IMG/VR virus record: IMGVR_UViG_3300030397_000235
Span: 1-37,791 of that record
Source of the DNA: a virus
Lineage: Duplodnaviria; Caudoviricetes
Strand: one strand, 5' to 3'
DNA: 37,791 nucleotides
In this document: one piece after another, positions 25,004-34,913 of the stretch
How positions within the stretch are numbered: position 1 is the first letter of the stretch
Layout: each line of letters opens with the position of its first letter
Notes under the pieces: model-generated
What the model saw: only the letters and a program-made list of their open reading frames with translations
The model's database searches: none
What the model was told of the DNA's origin: nothing
Translations under genes and position numbers: made by a program

Positions 25004-25287
25004 TAGAAACTGAACCTGCCCTTAGCGGCGTCGACCAGCTTGTCGATCACGCCAGGGACAAACCACATGATGGCCTTCTTGGTCAGCCAATCCCAACCGG
25101 GAAGGTTGACCTTGTCCAGAAGCTTGTCCACGATCTTGAGAACGCGCTCTTTCTTCTGGGCACCATCCATACCACCGACGCCTTCAGCCAACTCCATGGC
25201 TGCCGGGATCGCGTCCCAAACATCCTGAAGCTGGAAGCCATCGTCGAACAAACCAACGATCTTATCGACCGCTTCTTCTAGCGTCAT
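25003..25287 (-). CDS. Hypothetical amphipathic helical protein
   Basis: MTLEEAVDKIV...GAQKKERV. ATG at 25287 lies just after the upstream stop. Confidence 0.7.
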   Translation of the reverse strand: MTLEEAVDKIVGLFDDGFQLQDVWDAIPAAMELAEGVGGMDGAQKKERVLKIVDKLLDKVNLPGWDWLTKKAIMWFVPGVIDKLVDAAKGRFSF

Positions 25288-25294
25288 GCCTTCT

Positions 25295-25678
25295 TCACTC
25301 ATTGAGGAGTTCTCCAAGTTTGATTCCTTCGAGGAGGGGTCCAAGACCCGGGATAAGGTTTTTACCGGCACCAGCAAGAAAGGAACCCAAGGCTTCCAGG
25401 GCCTTGTTCACTCCTTTCCAGAAGGCATCGTAAGCTGCGATCTCACCCGCGAGCTTGAAGCCGTCGATTGTGGTCTTGACGAATGCGATGTCCGCATCGA
25501 CGTTCTCACCCTTGACGCGCTTCTTGAACTCCAATTCAACAAGCCGCTTCGCAGCTCGCTTCAGAGAGTCCTGCTTGTCCTCTGCGAGATCGTCCCACTT
25601 GTCCTTGAGCGTGTCCTTGATCTCGTCAATCGCGATCTCGGCATGCTCTTTAAGAACTTTTGTTACTTCTTCAGTCAT
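25295..25678 (-). CDS. Hypothetical protein
   Basis: Helical charged protein coupled to the lipoprotein gene. Confidence 0.7.
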   Translation of the reverse strand: MTEEVTKVLKEHAEIAIDEIKDTLKDKWDDLAEDKQDSLKRAAKRLVELEFKKRVKGENVDADIAFVKTTIDGFKLAGEIAAYDAFWKGVNKALEALGSFLAGAGKNLIPGLGPLLEGIKLGELLNE

Positions 25679-25901
25679 CCTTGGTCACGCTTTCTAAGCC
25701 TTCAGTGGTCCAGACGTCCCAAGAGTTGAGACGGTCTTCAATGTCGGCTTTCTGATCCTTGTCGTAGAGCTTGGTCTCTTGCAGCATAGCGCGGATCCGG
25801 GGCGCTAGCGTCTCGTAGTTGGCGCGGTCTTGCTTAACGTACTTCTCGTTAAGCGTGCCACAACCAGCGAGCAAGACCACAGCAAAAAGCATCTTCTTCA
25901 T
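25671..25901 (-). CDS. Small lipoprotein
   Basis: Signal MKKMLFAVVLLAGC with lipobox LAGC, RBS AGGAGG. Confidence 0.8.
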   Translation of the reverse strand: MKKMLFAVVLLAGCGTLNEKYVKQDRANYETLAPRIRAMLQETKLYDKDQKADIEDRLNSWDVWTTEGLESVTKDD

Positions 25902-25909
25902 ACCACCTC

Positions 25910-26797
25910 CTAAAACGGTGTATCTCCGGGAACCGTTACGTTGTCGAACGGCTCGACGTATGGAATCGGCACATTACCATGCCGTGATTGGATTAGTTGA
26001 AAAGCCTGGGCAGCCGGAGTATCCTTAAGATCCAAGCCTGTTGGGTTCAGCCCGTCGAAGAAGTTCTGAAGCGCAAGCCCATCGGAATCACTCAGAATAC
26101 ATTCGACATTGTTGGTATAGGGTAAGTCATTACGACCATAAGCTTCCGCGTATTGTGTATGCTCACCATCGGTATTCACGTCAACATTGGAGAAGTGATT
26201 CGCACCGGCTGACGACGCCTTGTGTGGGTAAGCTGCATACGTATTGATTAACGACGCTCCCGAGACACCTACCCAAGCTGCAAGCGTTGCTCCTCCGAGA
26301 ACACTGCTGATATGGCTAGCGAGCAGCGTCCCGTTATCGTCGTCAATTGCCGCAGCATGGCTGAAGACTGTAGCTTCCGCTGGGAAAGCTGGCGTAGCCC
26401 CACCACCGGGGAATGACATAATCGCTCGATTGTCATACCAGACGATTTGCTCAAATGGGAACGCGGCTTCGAAGTAATCTCCTAGAGCCTCATCATCGAA
26501 AGCCTTCTTCATTGTCAGATACCCGGCATCGAGGAAGTCCGCAAATTCTTGAGTTTCTGCGAAAGTCGTAACGCCTGTGTCAAAACGGGTGAGGACTTGA
26601 ATATGAACAATCGTCCCGATCTTCCGCGCTGCTGTGCGACCTGGATCAAAGTAGGCAGACGTGTTAGTGTCTCGACGAATGAAGTTATCCCGAGCGTCCA
26701 GAGAACCGAACAGTGCCGGCAACCCAATTGTGATGCCGGCATCCTCAAACTTCTTATCGTGAAGTCGGGAGTCGAAGTTACGATCTGGCTGTGGCAT
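25910..26797 (-). CDS. Hypothetical acidic protein, probably virion-associated
   Basis: TAATG coupling to the last tail gene. Ala/Asp/Gly-rich. Confidence 0.7.
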   Translation of the reverse strand: MPQPDRNFDSRLHDKKFEDAGITIGLPALFGSLDARDNFIRRDTNTSAYFDPGRTAARKIGTIVHIQVLTRFDTGVTTFAETQEFADFLDAGYLTMKKAFDDEALGDYFEAAFPFEQIVWYDNRAIMSFPGGGATPAFPAEATVFSHAAAIDDDNGTLLASHISSVLGGATLAAWVGVSGASLINTYAAYPHKASSAGANHFSNVDVNTDGEHTQYAEAYGRNDLPYTNNVECILSDSDGLALQNFFDGLNPTGLDLKDTPAAQAFQLIQSRHGNVPIPYVEPFDNVTVPGDTPF

Positions 26798-27252
26798 TAG
26801 AATTCCCAAGAGTATTCAAGAAACAAGCGATCATGTTCATAGAGCAATTCGGGCGTGTCGTCACTAATCGCTAGAAGCTTACCTGTTGTTTCTCCCTTAG
26901 CTTGCACGTCTGTGATGAAGAATCCTTGCAGCACCGTGTCCGCACTCATTGTGAAGACGGTTGGTTTGCACTCTTGGTTCGGGACAGACTGCCCGTCTAC
27001 GGTGTCTCGGTTCCAGAGTTGTCGTGCGGACTCTCGGTAGTTTGTGACTTCGAGCCAGTCTTTGCTCGCCAGCGTTTGGAAAGCTGTAGGAAAACCCACA
27101 CTAGCATCGATGAGACCGACGTAAAGATCGCCAGCCCCGCCAAGCCCATCAAGAAGAGCGCCAAGGACTGCAACATGTCCCTCATTTGCGATTGTGTTCC
27201 TAACGACCTTCTTCTTAGAGTCTCTACTTGTCCAGTATCTGAACTTACCCAT
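26797..27252 (-). CDS. Putative tail protein (paralog of 36689-37258)
   Basis: Shares N.I.NEG, YV.LID, LQG.F.T and KG.TTG.L motifs. TAATG coupling at 27252. Confidence 0.75.
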   Translation of the reverse strand: MGKFRYWTSRDSKKKVVRNTIANEGHVAVLGALLDGLGGAGDLYVGLIDASVGFPTAFQTLASKDWLEVTNYRESARQLWNRDTVDGQSVPNQECKPTVFTMSADTVLQGFFITDVQAKGETTGKLLAISDDTPELLYEHDRLFLEYSWEF

Positions 27253-27908
27253 TAGACATTTATTCCAATACTGTAAGCTACGTCTAAAGTATCGTCCGCT
27301 ATCAGTGGACCTTGCCCAGCTAGCCATTTCGTGTTGCCACCGGCTCCGGGCAGAGTTAAGTGGATCCTGTTCTTTACCCACGAGAAGTTAGCCACTGATA
27401 GTAGGATGGCGTCATCACTACTGATAATATAGAATCCATAACACGCTGCGTCGCTGCCGATGGCAAACGTGGTGAATCCACTTGCAGGAACAGTAGCTTT
27501 ATTACCTGCTCCCAAGGCGGCGGCAGATCGTACCCAAGTCTGTGTACCGAGAATTGTCGGAAGCGTTGTTCCTCCAAGATCAGACGCTTCGGCACTTGCG
27601 GTGAAATTAAGTCCGCTAACTGGGTTAATATCATCCACAATCGGTGTAATGCTATCATAGGGTGGTCCTAGCGGATCTGTTGTGAAATCCTTTGGAGCAC
27701 CAAAAGCATTATGAAGGTAGCCAATAAGTCCCACCTTCCAAGATGTAGGAAAGGACTCCCCGTCGAAGTATGCTCGAGCCATAGCAGCACGAGCCTCATT
27801 CGTGATGACATTCTTAACGATGCCACCATCAATGACCTTCCCGCTCCGTCGGAGACGGAACTTATAGAAGCCGTTAACCGCGACGCGTCCAGTAGCGTGC
27901 ATCGACAT
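27252..27908 (-). CDS. Putative tail protein (divergent paralog of 36689-37258)
   Basis: KNVITNE...WKVGLI...YGFYI...DTLDVAYSI pattern. Start uncertain. Confidence 0.7.
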   Translation of the reverse strand: MSMHATGRVAVNGFYKFRLRRSGKVIDGGIVKNVITNEARAAMARAYFDGESFPTSWKVGLIGYLHNAFGAPKDFTTDPLGPPYDSITPIVDDINPVSGLNFTASAEASDLGGTTLPTILGTQTWVRSAAALGAGNKATVPASGFTTFAIGSDAACYGFYIISSDDAILLSVANFSWVKNRIHLTLPGAGGNTKWLAGQGPLIADDTLDVAYSIGINV

Positions 27909-28818
27909 TGATATCCAATAGCTTAAGATCGTTGCCATCTACACTGACACCAGACTCTTCAACCAGAGCAGCGTAGATACGTGATTGATTAAAATAGACT
28001 CGCGGAATCAGATGTTCCTCTTGAGTAATCGACTCCGTAACATCCTCAGCACTTCGAATAACACGATCATCAGTATCGGTAGAGTAAGTGTACTCAATAC
28101 CATTGAAAGCCCCACCAATGTCCGTCTTGTCGAACGGAGTTTTACGAAGGTTATAGGGCTTAGCCACGTTAACCGTAGCTGAAGCATCAATGGCACCGTT
28201 GATAATCGTCCGACAAACCCAGTAGTCGAACTCCTCAGATTCAATAATGAATTGTCGCAAAGTCTGTAGTACCGGACGAAAGTAACGACCGTCGTTATTG
28301 TTTTCTAGGATGTTCACGCCTTCAACAGATGTGCCGTTAGCGACTGTAACCCCGTAAAGAGTATCACCTGCCAGATACGGAGGAAACACTTCCTCAATAA
28401 TCTGACGATTGTTGTTTTGGAATGTGAAGATGCGTCGAACGTTTGTCTCGTATTCGTAAGTGCCTGTTACAAGTTCACCGTTAATGAGAACTGTAACCTC
28501 GCGACCGTCCCAAACACCGCGCCGCTGATTGTATGGGCGAGCGATTTGCACAGTCGCACCACCAGCGTTACCGTCAAATTCTTCAACAGTAAGAGTATCC
28601 TCGTTAACTGCAGTAAGACGGTATTGTGTAGTTGCTGATACAGCCTCATCGACTTCGACAGCATCAATCTCAGGGCGAACACCTGGATTGATTGGCGGCG
28701 TGTAGTCGAGAGGTGCCCGTCCTTCAAGAACAGGCTTCGCCACGGCGTCGTCAACCGAGCCGTCTGCAAGGGTGCCACCTCCACCGCGCTGGCCTCCACC
28801 TTTATCAATTGTTGACAT
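27874..28818 (-). CDS. Putative virion protein with an internal tandem domain duplication
   Basis: IARPYNQR...NNDGRYF repeated as VAKPYNLR...NVDARYW. Confidence 0.75.
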   Translation of the reverse strand: MSTIDKGGGQRGGGGTLADGSVDDAVAKPVLEGRAPLDYTPPINPGVRPEIDAVEVDEAVSATTQYRLTAVNEDTLTVEEFDGNAGGATVQIARPYNQRRGVWDGREVTVLINGELVTGTYEYETNVRRIFTFQNNNRQIIEEVFPPYLAGDTLYGVTVANGTSVEGVNILENNNDGRYFRPVLQTLRQFIIESEEFDYWVCRTIINGAIDASATVNVAKPYNLRKTPFDKTDIGGAFNGIEYTYSTDTDDRVIRSAEDVTESITQEEHLIPRVYFNQSRIYAALVEESGVSVDGNDLKLLDINVDARYWTRRG

Positions 28819-28820
28819 GC

Positions 28821-31589
28821 TTAGCTACCTGCGAATGGATCGTCGTCAGTGGGATACTCCAGCGACAGGGTTGCTGTAGCTGGGAACGCGAACGGGTAAG
28901 GCGTCATCTCCCCTGAGCGAATCGCTGTCCAGAGGAGGAATGTGATCGCGTCATTCCGTGAGTTGTAATTAGCTTCACGCACCCGAGCCTTGGCCGCACC
29001 GGTTGAGATGAAGTCATCAGCAAGTGTGATATCGACTGTGTCCTCGATATCCAGAGCGAGCAGGTTCAAGAACGCGTCAAAGCGAACATGCTTCCAAGTA
29101 TTCGAATACTGGATACCCCAGTAAGTGATTGTCTTAACAACAAACGATTCACTATTGTAGATGTAGATATCGAACGTATCCTCAAGCAGACCATACTTCG
29201 GAATGTTGTTCCTGAAAATAACCTTATTCGGCTCCTCTTTCGAGAGGTCCGAGCGCCACTCACCAGTTAGCTTTGTGATGAGCTGCTCGGTAATACCGAA
29301 CTCCAGCTTCAGAGTGCCGGATTCGATATGCTCCTCAGTGATCGACTTGATGGCAGCATCCTCAGCAGCAACATACTTGAGGAACGCTGTCTCATTACGC
29401 ACAAGCGTAGCCAAGCGTGCCTGGAACGAGATGTCCTCAATCGTCGGTAGCGACGGAACCTTTGTCAGCAGCGCAAAGTTCGACGGGTAGGCTGCAATAG
29501 CTGCCGCAACCGAAGCAAATGATGCTGCATCGGCTGTGAGGTTTGTGTAGGTTTCTACCAGATACTTAATCTGGTCCGACGTATTGTCTCCGACTGTTGA
29601 GGTCAGAGTCACATAGATTTGGTCTTCCCAGCCCTCACCAATGTATTCCGTCAGTGGACGATTGAAACGGATTGTCGTCGGCGTCTGCCCAGCAATCGAC
29701 TCACTCAGAGCAACCGTGTAGTAGCGAGAGGGGATCGGAAGAATCCTACGTTCACCGCCGTCAATACGTCGGAAAGCGAAGACCTCTTTAACTTCGGTTG
29801 ACGGAATCAGATTCGCAACATACACGTCATCGTAGTTGTCAGCAAGGTAGACTTCGTCGCCGACTTCGATGCTGTAGTCTTGATTCTGGATACGTGCAAG
29901 CCCGTTTGCAAAGTCCGGGAGCGAAGCCAGCGCTGTAATCCAGCCTTGACGGATCACAACCGACGTCTCCTGAATCACGCCACCAAGATTACGAATATCG
30001 TAAATCTCACGGATCACAGGTTGACCGTTGATGAGCACACCCTCAAGAGCTGGGAGCGCACCAGTTTGTCGCCACAGGATGGGCTGAAACAGAACCTTGT
30101 CACCGATTTGATCGCTAACAAGCACAACACCTTTACTCGCAAAGAAGCAGAACTTCCCGCGTAAGTTCGAAGTGTCAGGATTCACGAGCTGAAACTGATT
30201 CGGAATATTCGAGATTGCATTCGTAGCGATGCCCACATCCGCAGGAAGGTTTGCCTCCTCCACAGTGAATGTGCGGCTGCTGAATGTTCCCTTGAAGTGA
30301 AGACCGTTAATTACGATCTCAACAGGAACACCTTGCGGGAAGTCCTCACCACCTTCAACGATGATCTCGCTGATAACAAATTTAATTAGTGCAACTTTCG
30401 CAGTCTCAATCGCAAGACGAAGGGCAGCAATCTCAGTTTCAAGATCAAGAAGTTGACTTGTTAGAGTAGCAGTAAGAATACCAGCTGCAAGTAGAAGATC
30501 CTGAGAATCCGTGAGCTGATCGTAAAGACCGGGAGTCGCGGGGGTAGTCTCAACCCACTCGCCGTCGACCCAACCGAAGACGGCAGGTGTTCCATCAAGG
30601 AGCTTTTGATTTGCGACAACGTCAATGCCATTGGCGACGTTCTGCTCAGCCACTGCAATATTGGCGAGCAACGTGTTCACCGTAACGGACAGTGTTGAAA
30701 CCTGGTCCTGAGTCGCTGTAAGTTGCGACGCCGTAGCAATAAATTCCTGCAACTTACGATAGAGGTCTTGGCAATTCTGAACGTAGGTTCGAAGCTGACT
30801 CTCCAGCGTCGGGCTGTCGTTGATAAGACTCTCAAGCAGAGTGAACAGAGACTCGGCCGCCGCAGACACGTTGTTCACGCGAATGGCGTAGTTCTCATCC
30901 GAGAAACCTGGGTTCGTATCCGCGGCTTCCTTGAGGATTGTAGCCTCTTCATAGGTCTCCGCACGTGCGCACAGATCCTCAAGCTCTTGGATTGTGATTA
31001 AGCCATAGCGAGTTAGAGACGTTCCACGAATACGTTCAGTAAGCTTAACAGCAGGGACACGGACAGGACTGCCAAAACATAAGGGCCAAGCTTTTCCGAT
31101 AGCGTCTTCTGCGACATTGCCTAACTCGTCCAGATCACCTTGCTCGGGAGAGAATCCAATCTCCTCACCCTCAACAGTAGACACAATTTGAAAACGGATC
31201 TCACGCTGAGTATGATCGTATTCGATTGGGGTTTCGATCTCACCCGTCAGCAGCAGGAACTTGTCACTCAACGGTAGCTCACCGAAAGCCTGGTAAAGTT
31301 TGACCTTCCGCATATGAACGTCTGTTGACTGAATGATACTCAGGATGCTGCCATCAGTATCATCAAGAGTGATCGACACGTTTCCAGTATTGCCTGAGCG
31401 GGAGATTTTAGACAGCGTCTCCAAGCCACCGAGGGCTTTGATCTTACCCTGAGCGTATTCGATATCACGATCTGCGTAGACACCCACAGGCGAGTCATCG
31501 CCCCAGAAGACCTCCACAACAATGAGAGGCCCAACGCAGAAGTTAGCATCGAGCTGCGCTTCAGCCGCAGCATTAGGCGACTTAGCCAT
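28821..31589 (-). CDS. Large tail tip / baseplate hub-like protein
   Basis: 922 aa, downstream of Dit-like genes, WPLCFG motif, internal coiled-coil insert. Confidence 0.65.
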   Translation of the reverse strand: MAKSPNAAAEAQLDANFCVGPLIVVEVFWGDDSPVGVYADRDIEYAQGKIKALGGLETLSKISRSGNTGNVSITLDDTDGSILSIIQSTDVHMRKVKLYQAFGELPLSDKFLLLTGEIETPIEYDHTQREIRFQIVSTVEGEEIGFSPEQGDLDELGNVAEDAIGKAWPLCFGSPVRVPAVKLTERIRGTSLTRYGLITIQELEDLCARAETYEEATILKEAADTNPGFSDENYAIRVNNVSAAAESLFTLLESLINDSPTLESQLRTYVQNCQDLYRKLQEFIATASQLTATQDQVSTLSVTVNTLLANIAVAEQNVANGIDVVANQKLLDGTPAVFGWVDGEWVETTPATPGLYDQLTDSQDLLLAAGILTATLTSQLLDLETEIAALRLAIETAKVALIKFVISEIIVEGGEDFPQGVPVEIVINGLHFKGTFSSRTFTVEEANLPADVGIATNAISNIPNQFQLVNPDTSNLRGKFCFFASKGVVLVSDQIGDKVLFQPILWRQTGALPALEGVLINGQPVIREIYDIRNLGGVIQETSVVIRQGWITALASLPDFANGLARIQNQDYSIEVGDEVYLADNYDDVYVANLIPSTEVKEVFAFRRIDGGERRILPIPSRYYTVALSESIAGQTPTTIRFNRPLTEYIGEGWEDQIYVTLTSTVGDNTSDQIKYLVETYTNLTADAASFASVAAAIAAYPSNFALLTKVPSLPTIEDISFQARLATLVRNETAFLKYVAAEDAAIKSITEEHIESGTLKLEFGITEQLITKLTGEWRSDLSKEEPNKVIFRNNIPKYGLLEDTFDIYIYNSESFVVKTITYWGIQYSNTWKHVRFDAFLNLLALDIEDTVDITLADDFISTGAAKARVREANYNSRNDAITFLLWTAIRSGEMTPYPFAFPATATLSLEYPTDDDPFAGS

Positions 31590-31969
31590 TAGATCCTAGT
31601 TCCTACAAACGAGAGAGTAATCTCACCAGCTTCTTGACGCCCGGGTCCAGCAGGAACGACGCGCTTGGTCGTTCGCACAGTTACGGAATCGTCAGTCAAA
31701 ATAGCTTTCCAGGTCACACTCTCATGGTCAACAATCGTAATCTCTTGACCAATGTATGCTTTGAAGAACTCCATGAGTTCCACGAGTTTGCCGCGATTTA
31801 GATTCGACCACGTCAGGGAGATGTTGCGATCATTCGTCTGCTTACGATAGACATACGGCTTACCATTCATTGCCTCACGGTAATTCACCGAAACGTTCAG
31901 ACCTTCGGCGTCGCCCAAGTCTGGATTTGGTAGCTGCGTAGTTGTTCCACCCGCTTGCAGCGTTACCAT
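31589..31969 (-). CDS. Putative distal-tail (Dit-like) protein
   Basis: 126 aa beta-rich protein, homologous to the C-terminus of the upstream gene, located before the hub-like gene. Confidence 0.55.
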   Translation of the reverse strand: MVTLQAGGTTTQLPNPDLGDAEGLNVSVNYREAMNGKPYVYRKQTNDRNISLTWSNLNRGKLVELMEFFKAYIGQEITIVDHESVTWKAILTDDSVTVRTTKRVVPAGPGRQEAGEITLSFVGTRI

Positions 31970-33921
31970 GTCTTCTCCGTTGTTAGGACTCCACGGAACC
32001 TAAAGTTCACAGTGTATTGGTCAATGCGGTTTGCTACCAGCGCCTCTTCAGGATTGAGGATTGTTCCGATCCAAGCCCGGTCTTCTGGGTCCGTGTAGGT
32101 CACCTCTTTACCGAGACAATTAAGCTGGAAGTCTAGCAAGTCCTGCGCTTCGGTCCTCTTAAGCAAACTAACGCTGAACGTTTTGATCTGCGATTTCGGC
32201 CATGCTGAGTCTCGGAATGTGCTGTAAGTTCCATGGCGACTTCGGCTCAACGCCCGAACAATTTGTAGATCATCCTCATTCCCAAAACTGGGATTCCGAA
32301 GCGTGACACTATCGGCACCGCAGACGAGGGTGATTGTATCCCGTGTGCTAAGCACCGGAGTTGTAGCGAGCGGAGTTCCTTGCGGAGCAAAGTCGTTAAG
32401 ATCACAACCTGTCTTAACGATGTAAGCATCCGCAGTGACGGTTGCTCCACACGTGCTAGTAACTGCAAGGTTACGCTCAATCGTAGCAGAGACAGTAACC
32501 TGCGCGCCGCACGAGCTGCTAGCATAGCTGCACGTTTCACCCGAAGCTGTTGGCGTAACAGTGACAATCGACTCGGCGTCGTCACCTCGGGAGGCAGAGA
32601 CACTTGCTCCAGCAGTCGTAGACGCCGAACCTTCGACGCAGCGGTTCGCCTTAGCGTCAGCGTAGCAGGGCTGGACAATGTTAATGTTGTATTCGACATT
32701 AAGACCGACAGTCTGCTCAACGGTAACTGTGTGTTCGATCTCGGGGTAGCAAATCTGATTCGTCTGCGCACTCTGCAAGACCGGAGCATTCGTAAATGCC
32801 TGAACATTGATCTCTCGCCCAGCGTTTGCAGTAGCTCCACAGGTGTTTGAAGCCTCGGCAATCTTGATGTTGCTAGCAGCAGAGGCCGAAGCTGCACAGG
32901 TGTGACTCGCACTGTCTTGCTTAACGTTGTTCCCGGCAGACGGTGTGCCGGTACTACCGGCGACAACCGCACCTTGCTTAACGTTGTTAGTTGCAGCGAC
33001 ACTTGCACCGCAGCTTACGCTAATTGAAACTTGGATAACGTTATCGACAGACGCAGACGGCGTAGCAGCACAAGAGTTGCTTGCAGAGTCCTGAATAACG
33101 TTGTTAGTTGCAGCAACACTAGCAGCACAAGCGTTCAACGCGGGTCCACCGTGGATACTTGTAACGATTGATTGCGAACACGTAACGACGTGCTCGACAC
33201 TAACCTCAATTGGGCCGGTCCCGGGAGGAATTGTAATCGGCGGGTCGAAGGTTTCAGTAGCCGGGCTACCTGTGCCGTCAACCGGGCTGTTGATCTGCGT
33301 AAGGTCGAACGAGCCTACAACATCAATCGACGGGTCGGGTGTCGCAGCCGGCAATGGGCTAAAGCTGATGAGTTCATCAGGACGGATCAGCAGCGGGCTG
33401 ATCTTATCAACACCAAGGTTCTCAATCTCGGCAGCACTGAAGCCACCGGACGGAAGGCCAGACCAGATGGCGACATCCGCAACCTCACCCGAAACATAGA
33501 GTGAGGGGATCGTCGTATCAAGGGCACCGACAGCAAACGCGTCGATACCAGTTACAGGGCGATTGTCGGTGTTGGATCCCATCCCAACACCGTTGATGTA
33601 GATATGGCGCTCAGAGTCAGAGATCCAAACACCAGTAATAATAGCGTAGGTAACGCTACCAATTCCCAAACTGGATTGTGCATCACTCGTGCCAGCCGCA
33701 CCAGTCGTCCGAGCAGCCACGGGGTTACCAGTCGTCCCGCCTTTGAAGACGAGCGAGTGATGGTGTCCCGTGGTCTGGTTGACCAGACTTACAAGAGTCT
33801 GGTCAAGGCTCAGATCGTCTAGGCGGACAGCACACTGAATTGCAAACGGGAAACTAACAGCCGGAACCGTAGTTGTCCGTCGCAAATACTGGAGTAGTGC
33901 GTCATCCAGTAGGATCGACAT
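31963..33921 (-). CDS. Tail protein: LamG/ConA-like N-terminus, Ala/Ser/Cys repeat stalk, Dit-like C-terminus
   Basis: ITGVW...HIYING...GEVADVAIW lectin-like pattern and CAASVAATNNV repeats. Confidence 0.7.
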   Translation of the reverse strand: MSILLDDALLQYLRRTTTVPAVSFPFAIQCAVRLDDLSLDQTLVSLVNQTTGHHHSLVFKGGTTGNPVAARTTGAAGTSDAQSSLGIGSVTYAIITGVWISDSERHIYINGVGMGSNTDNRPVTGIDAFAVGALDTTIPSLYVSGEVADVAIWSGLPSGGFSAAEIENLGVDKISPLLIRPDELISFSPLPAATPDPSIDVVGSFDLTQINSPVDGTGSPATETFDPPITIPPGTGPIEVSVEHVVTCSQSIVTSIHGGPALNACAASVAATNNVIQDSASNSCAATPSASVDNVIQVSISVSCGASVAATNNVKQGAVVAGSTGTPSAGNNVKQDSASHTCAASASAASNIKIAEASNTCGATANAGREINVQAFTNAPVLQSAQTNQICYPEIEHTVTVEQTVGLNVEYNINIVQPCYADAKANRCVEGSASTTAGASVSASRGDDAESIVTVTPTASGETCSYASSSCGAQVTVSATIERNLAVTSTCGATVTADAYIVKTGCDLNDFAPQGTPLATTPVLSTRDTITLVCGADSVTLRNPSFGNEDDLQIVRALSRSRHGTYSTFRDSAWPKSQIKTFSVSLLKRTEAQDLLDFQLNCLGKEVTYTDPEDRAWIGTILNPEEALVANRIDQYTVNFRFRGVLTTEKTW

Positions 33922-34741
33922 CTTCGACCTCTAACTCAGTTAGGGCGTCAGGGTAGAAAACTTGATAGAACCACTCATACTCTTTGACGATCTTTTGACA
34001 AAGTTCTTCAGAGAGATACTTGTCCCAGTAGGGTTGACGATGCTCAATCTTACCCTTACCGACATGAGGAAATTTGTATAAGTGAAGATAGTCAGGCTCG
34101 CGCGAGACATTCTTCACATCATTGTAGTTATGCTTCTTGTAGTACGGATCCTCAAGGTACTCGTAGAGACGCTCCATCTCAAACTTCGGATTCGCAGTAA
34201 AGTCCACAGTCTTAATAAAGTGAACCTCACGCTTACGGTTGAGAAGGTCTTTGATGCCTGACATCACAGAGCCGATCATGCCTTCTTTTGGATGTAGCAT
34301 CTTTTGAAGACGGCCTTCGATTGTAGGCTCCGGTCCCGCTTTGAAAATTGCAGTCCTTCGATCTTGTTTCTCAATCGAAGCAATAATTGCGCGAATGTCA
34401 TTGATCATCACAATGAACTTCACATCGGGGAAGAGTTCTTCAGTCAGAGAGATTTCGTGAATCCACCCACGAGATTTATCGAAGACCATTCGATCATCGT
34501 CGTCATACCACTCACGACAAACCGCCAGCATGACTCGACGAAGCATAGCTTCAGTCCGCTCCCGGTCGTTAGCGAGCATACCCTTAACCTCAACACTTTT
34601 ACTTACGAGGCCAGAGATGCCGTTTAACAACGCGGGAAGCGGGCTAGTGTCAGATACACGGAACCTGGGGTTCTGCGCCATTGTGTTACATAAGAGGGTG
34701 CTACCCACCCTCGGCAGTCCTAGGATACAGTTAAGATTCAT
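33902..34741 (-). CDS. Sulfotransferase family protein
   Basis: 5'-PSB-like loop GLPRVGSTLL, FDKSRGW, 3'-PB-like KFIVMINDIRAIIAS. Confidence 0.85.
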   Translation of the reverse strand: MNLNCILGLPRVGSTLLCNTMAQNPRFRVSDTSPLPALLNGISGLVSKSVEVKGMLANDRERTEAMLRRVMLAVCREWYDDDDRMVFDKSRGWIHEISLTEELFPDVKFIVMINDIRAIIASIEKQDRRTAIFKAGPEPTIEGRLQKMLHPKEGMIGSVMSGIKDLLNRKREVHFIKTVDFTANPKFEMERLYEYLEDPYYKKHNYNDVKNVSREPDYLHLYKFPHVGKGKIEHRQPYWDKYLSEELCQKIVKEYEWFYQVFYPDALTELEVEDVDPTG

Positions 34742-34913
34742 ATGCCTGGATGGCTTTCTCCATATGTTCAAGCATCTTCGAGTGCTTCTCGATCAGCTCG
34801 GGGCTAGCAACAGGCTTCAGAACTTTGTGGAAATAGTTCCAGCCCTGCTGCATCATTTTGAATTGTCGACGAGCAAGACGTTCGACTTCTTTGTCTGCGA
34901 ACTTCTTCTCCAT
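34731..34913 (-). CDS. Hypothetical protein
   Basis: TAATG coupling to the tail fibre gene. Confidence 0.65.
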   Translation of the reverse strand: MEKKFADKEVERLARRQFKMMQQGWNYFHKVLKPVASPELIEKHSKMLEHMEKAIQAYES

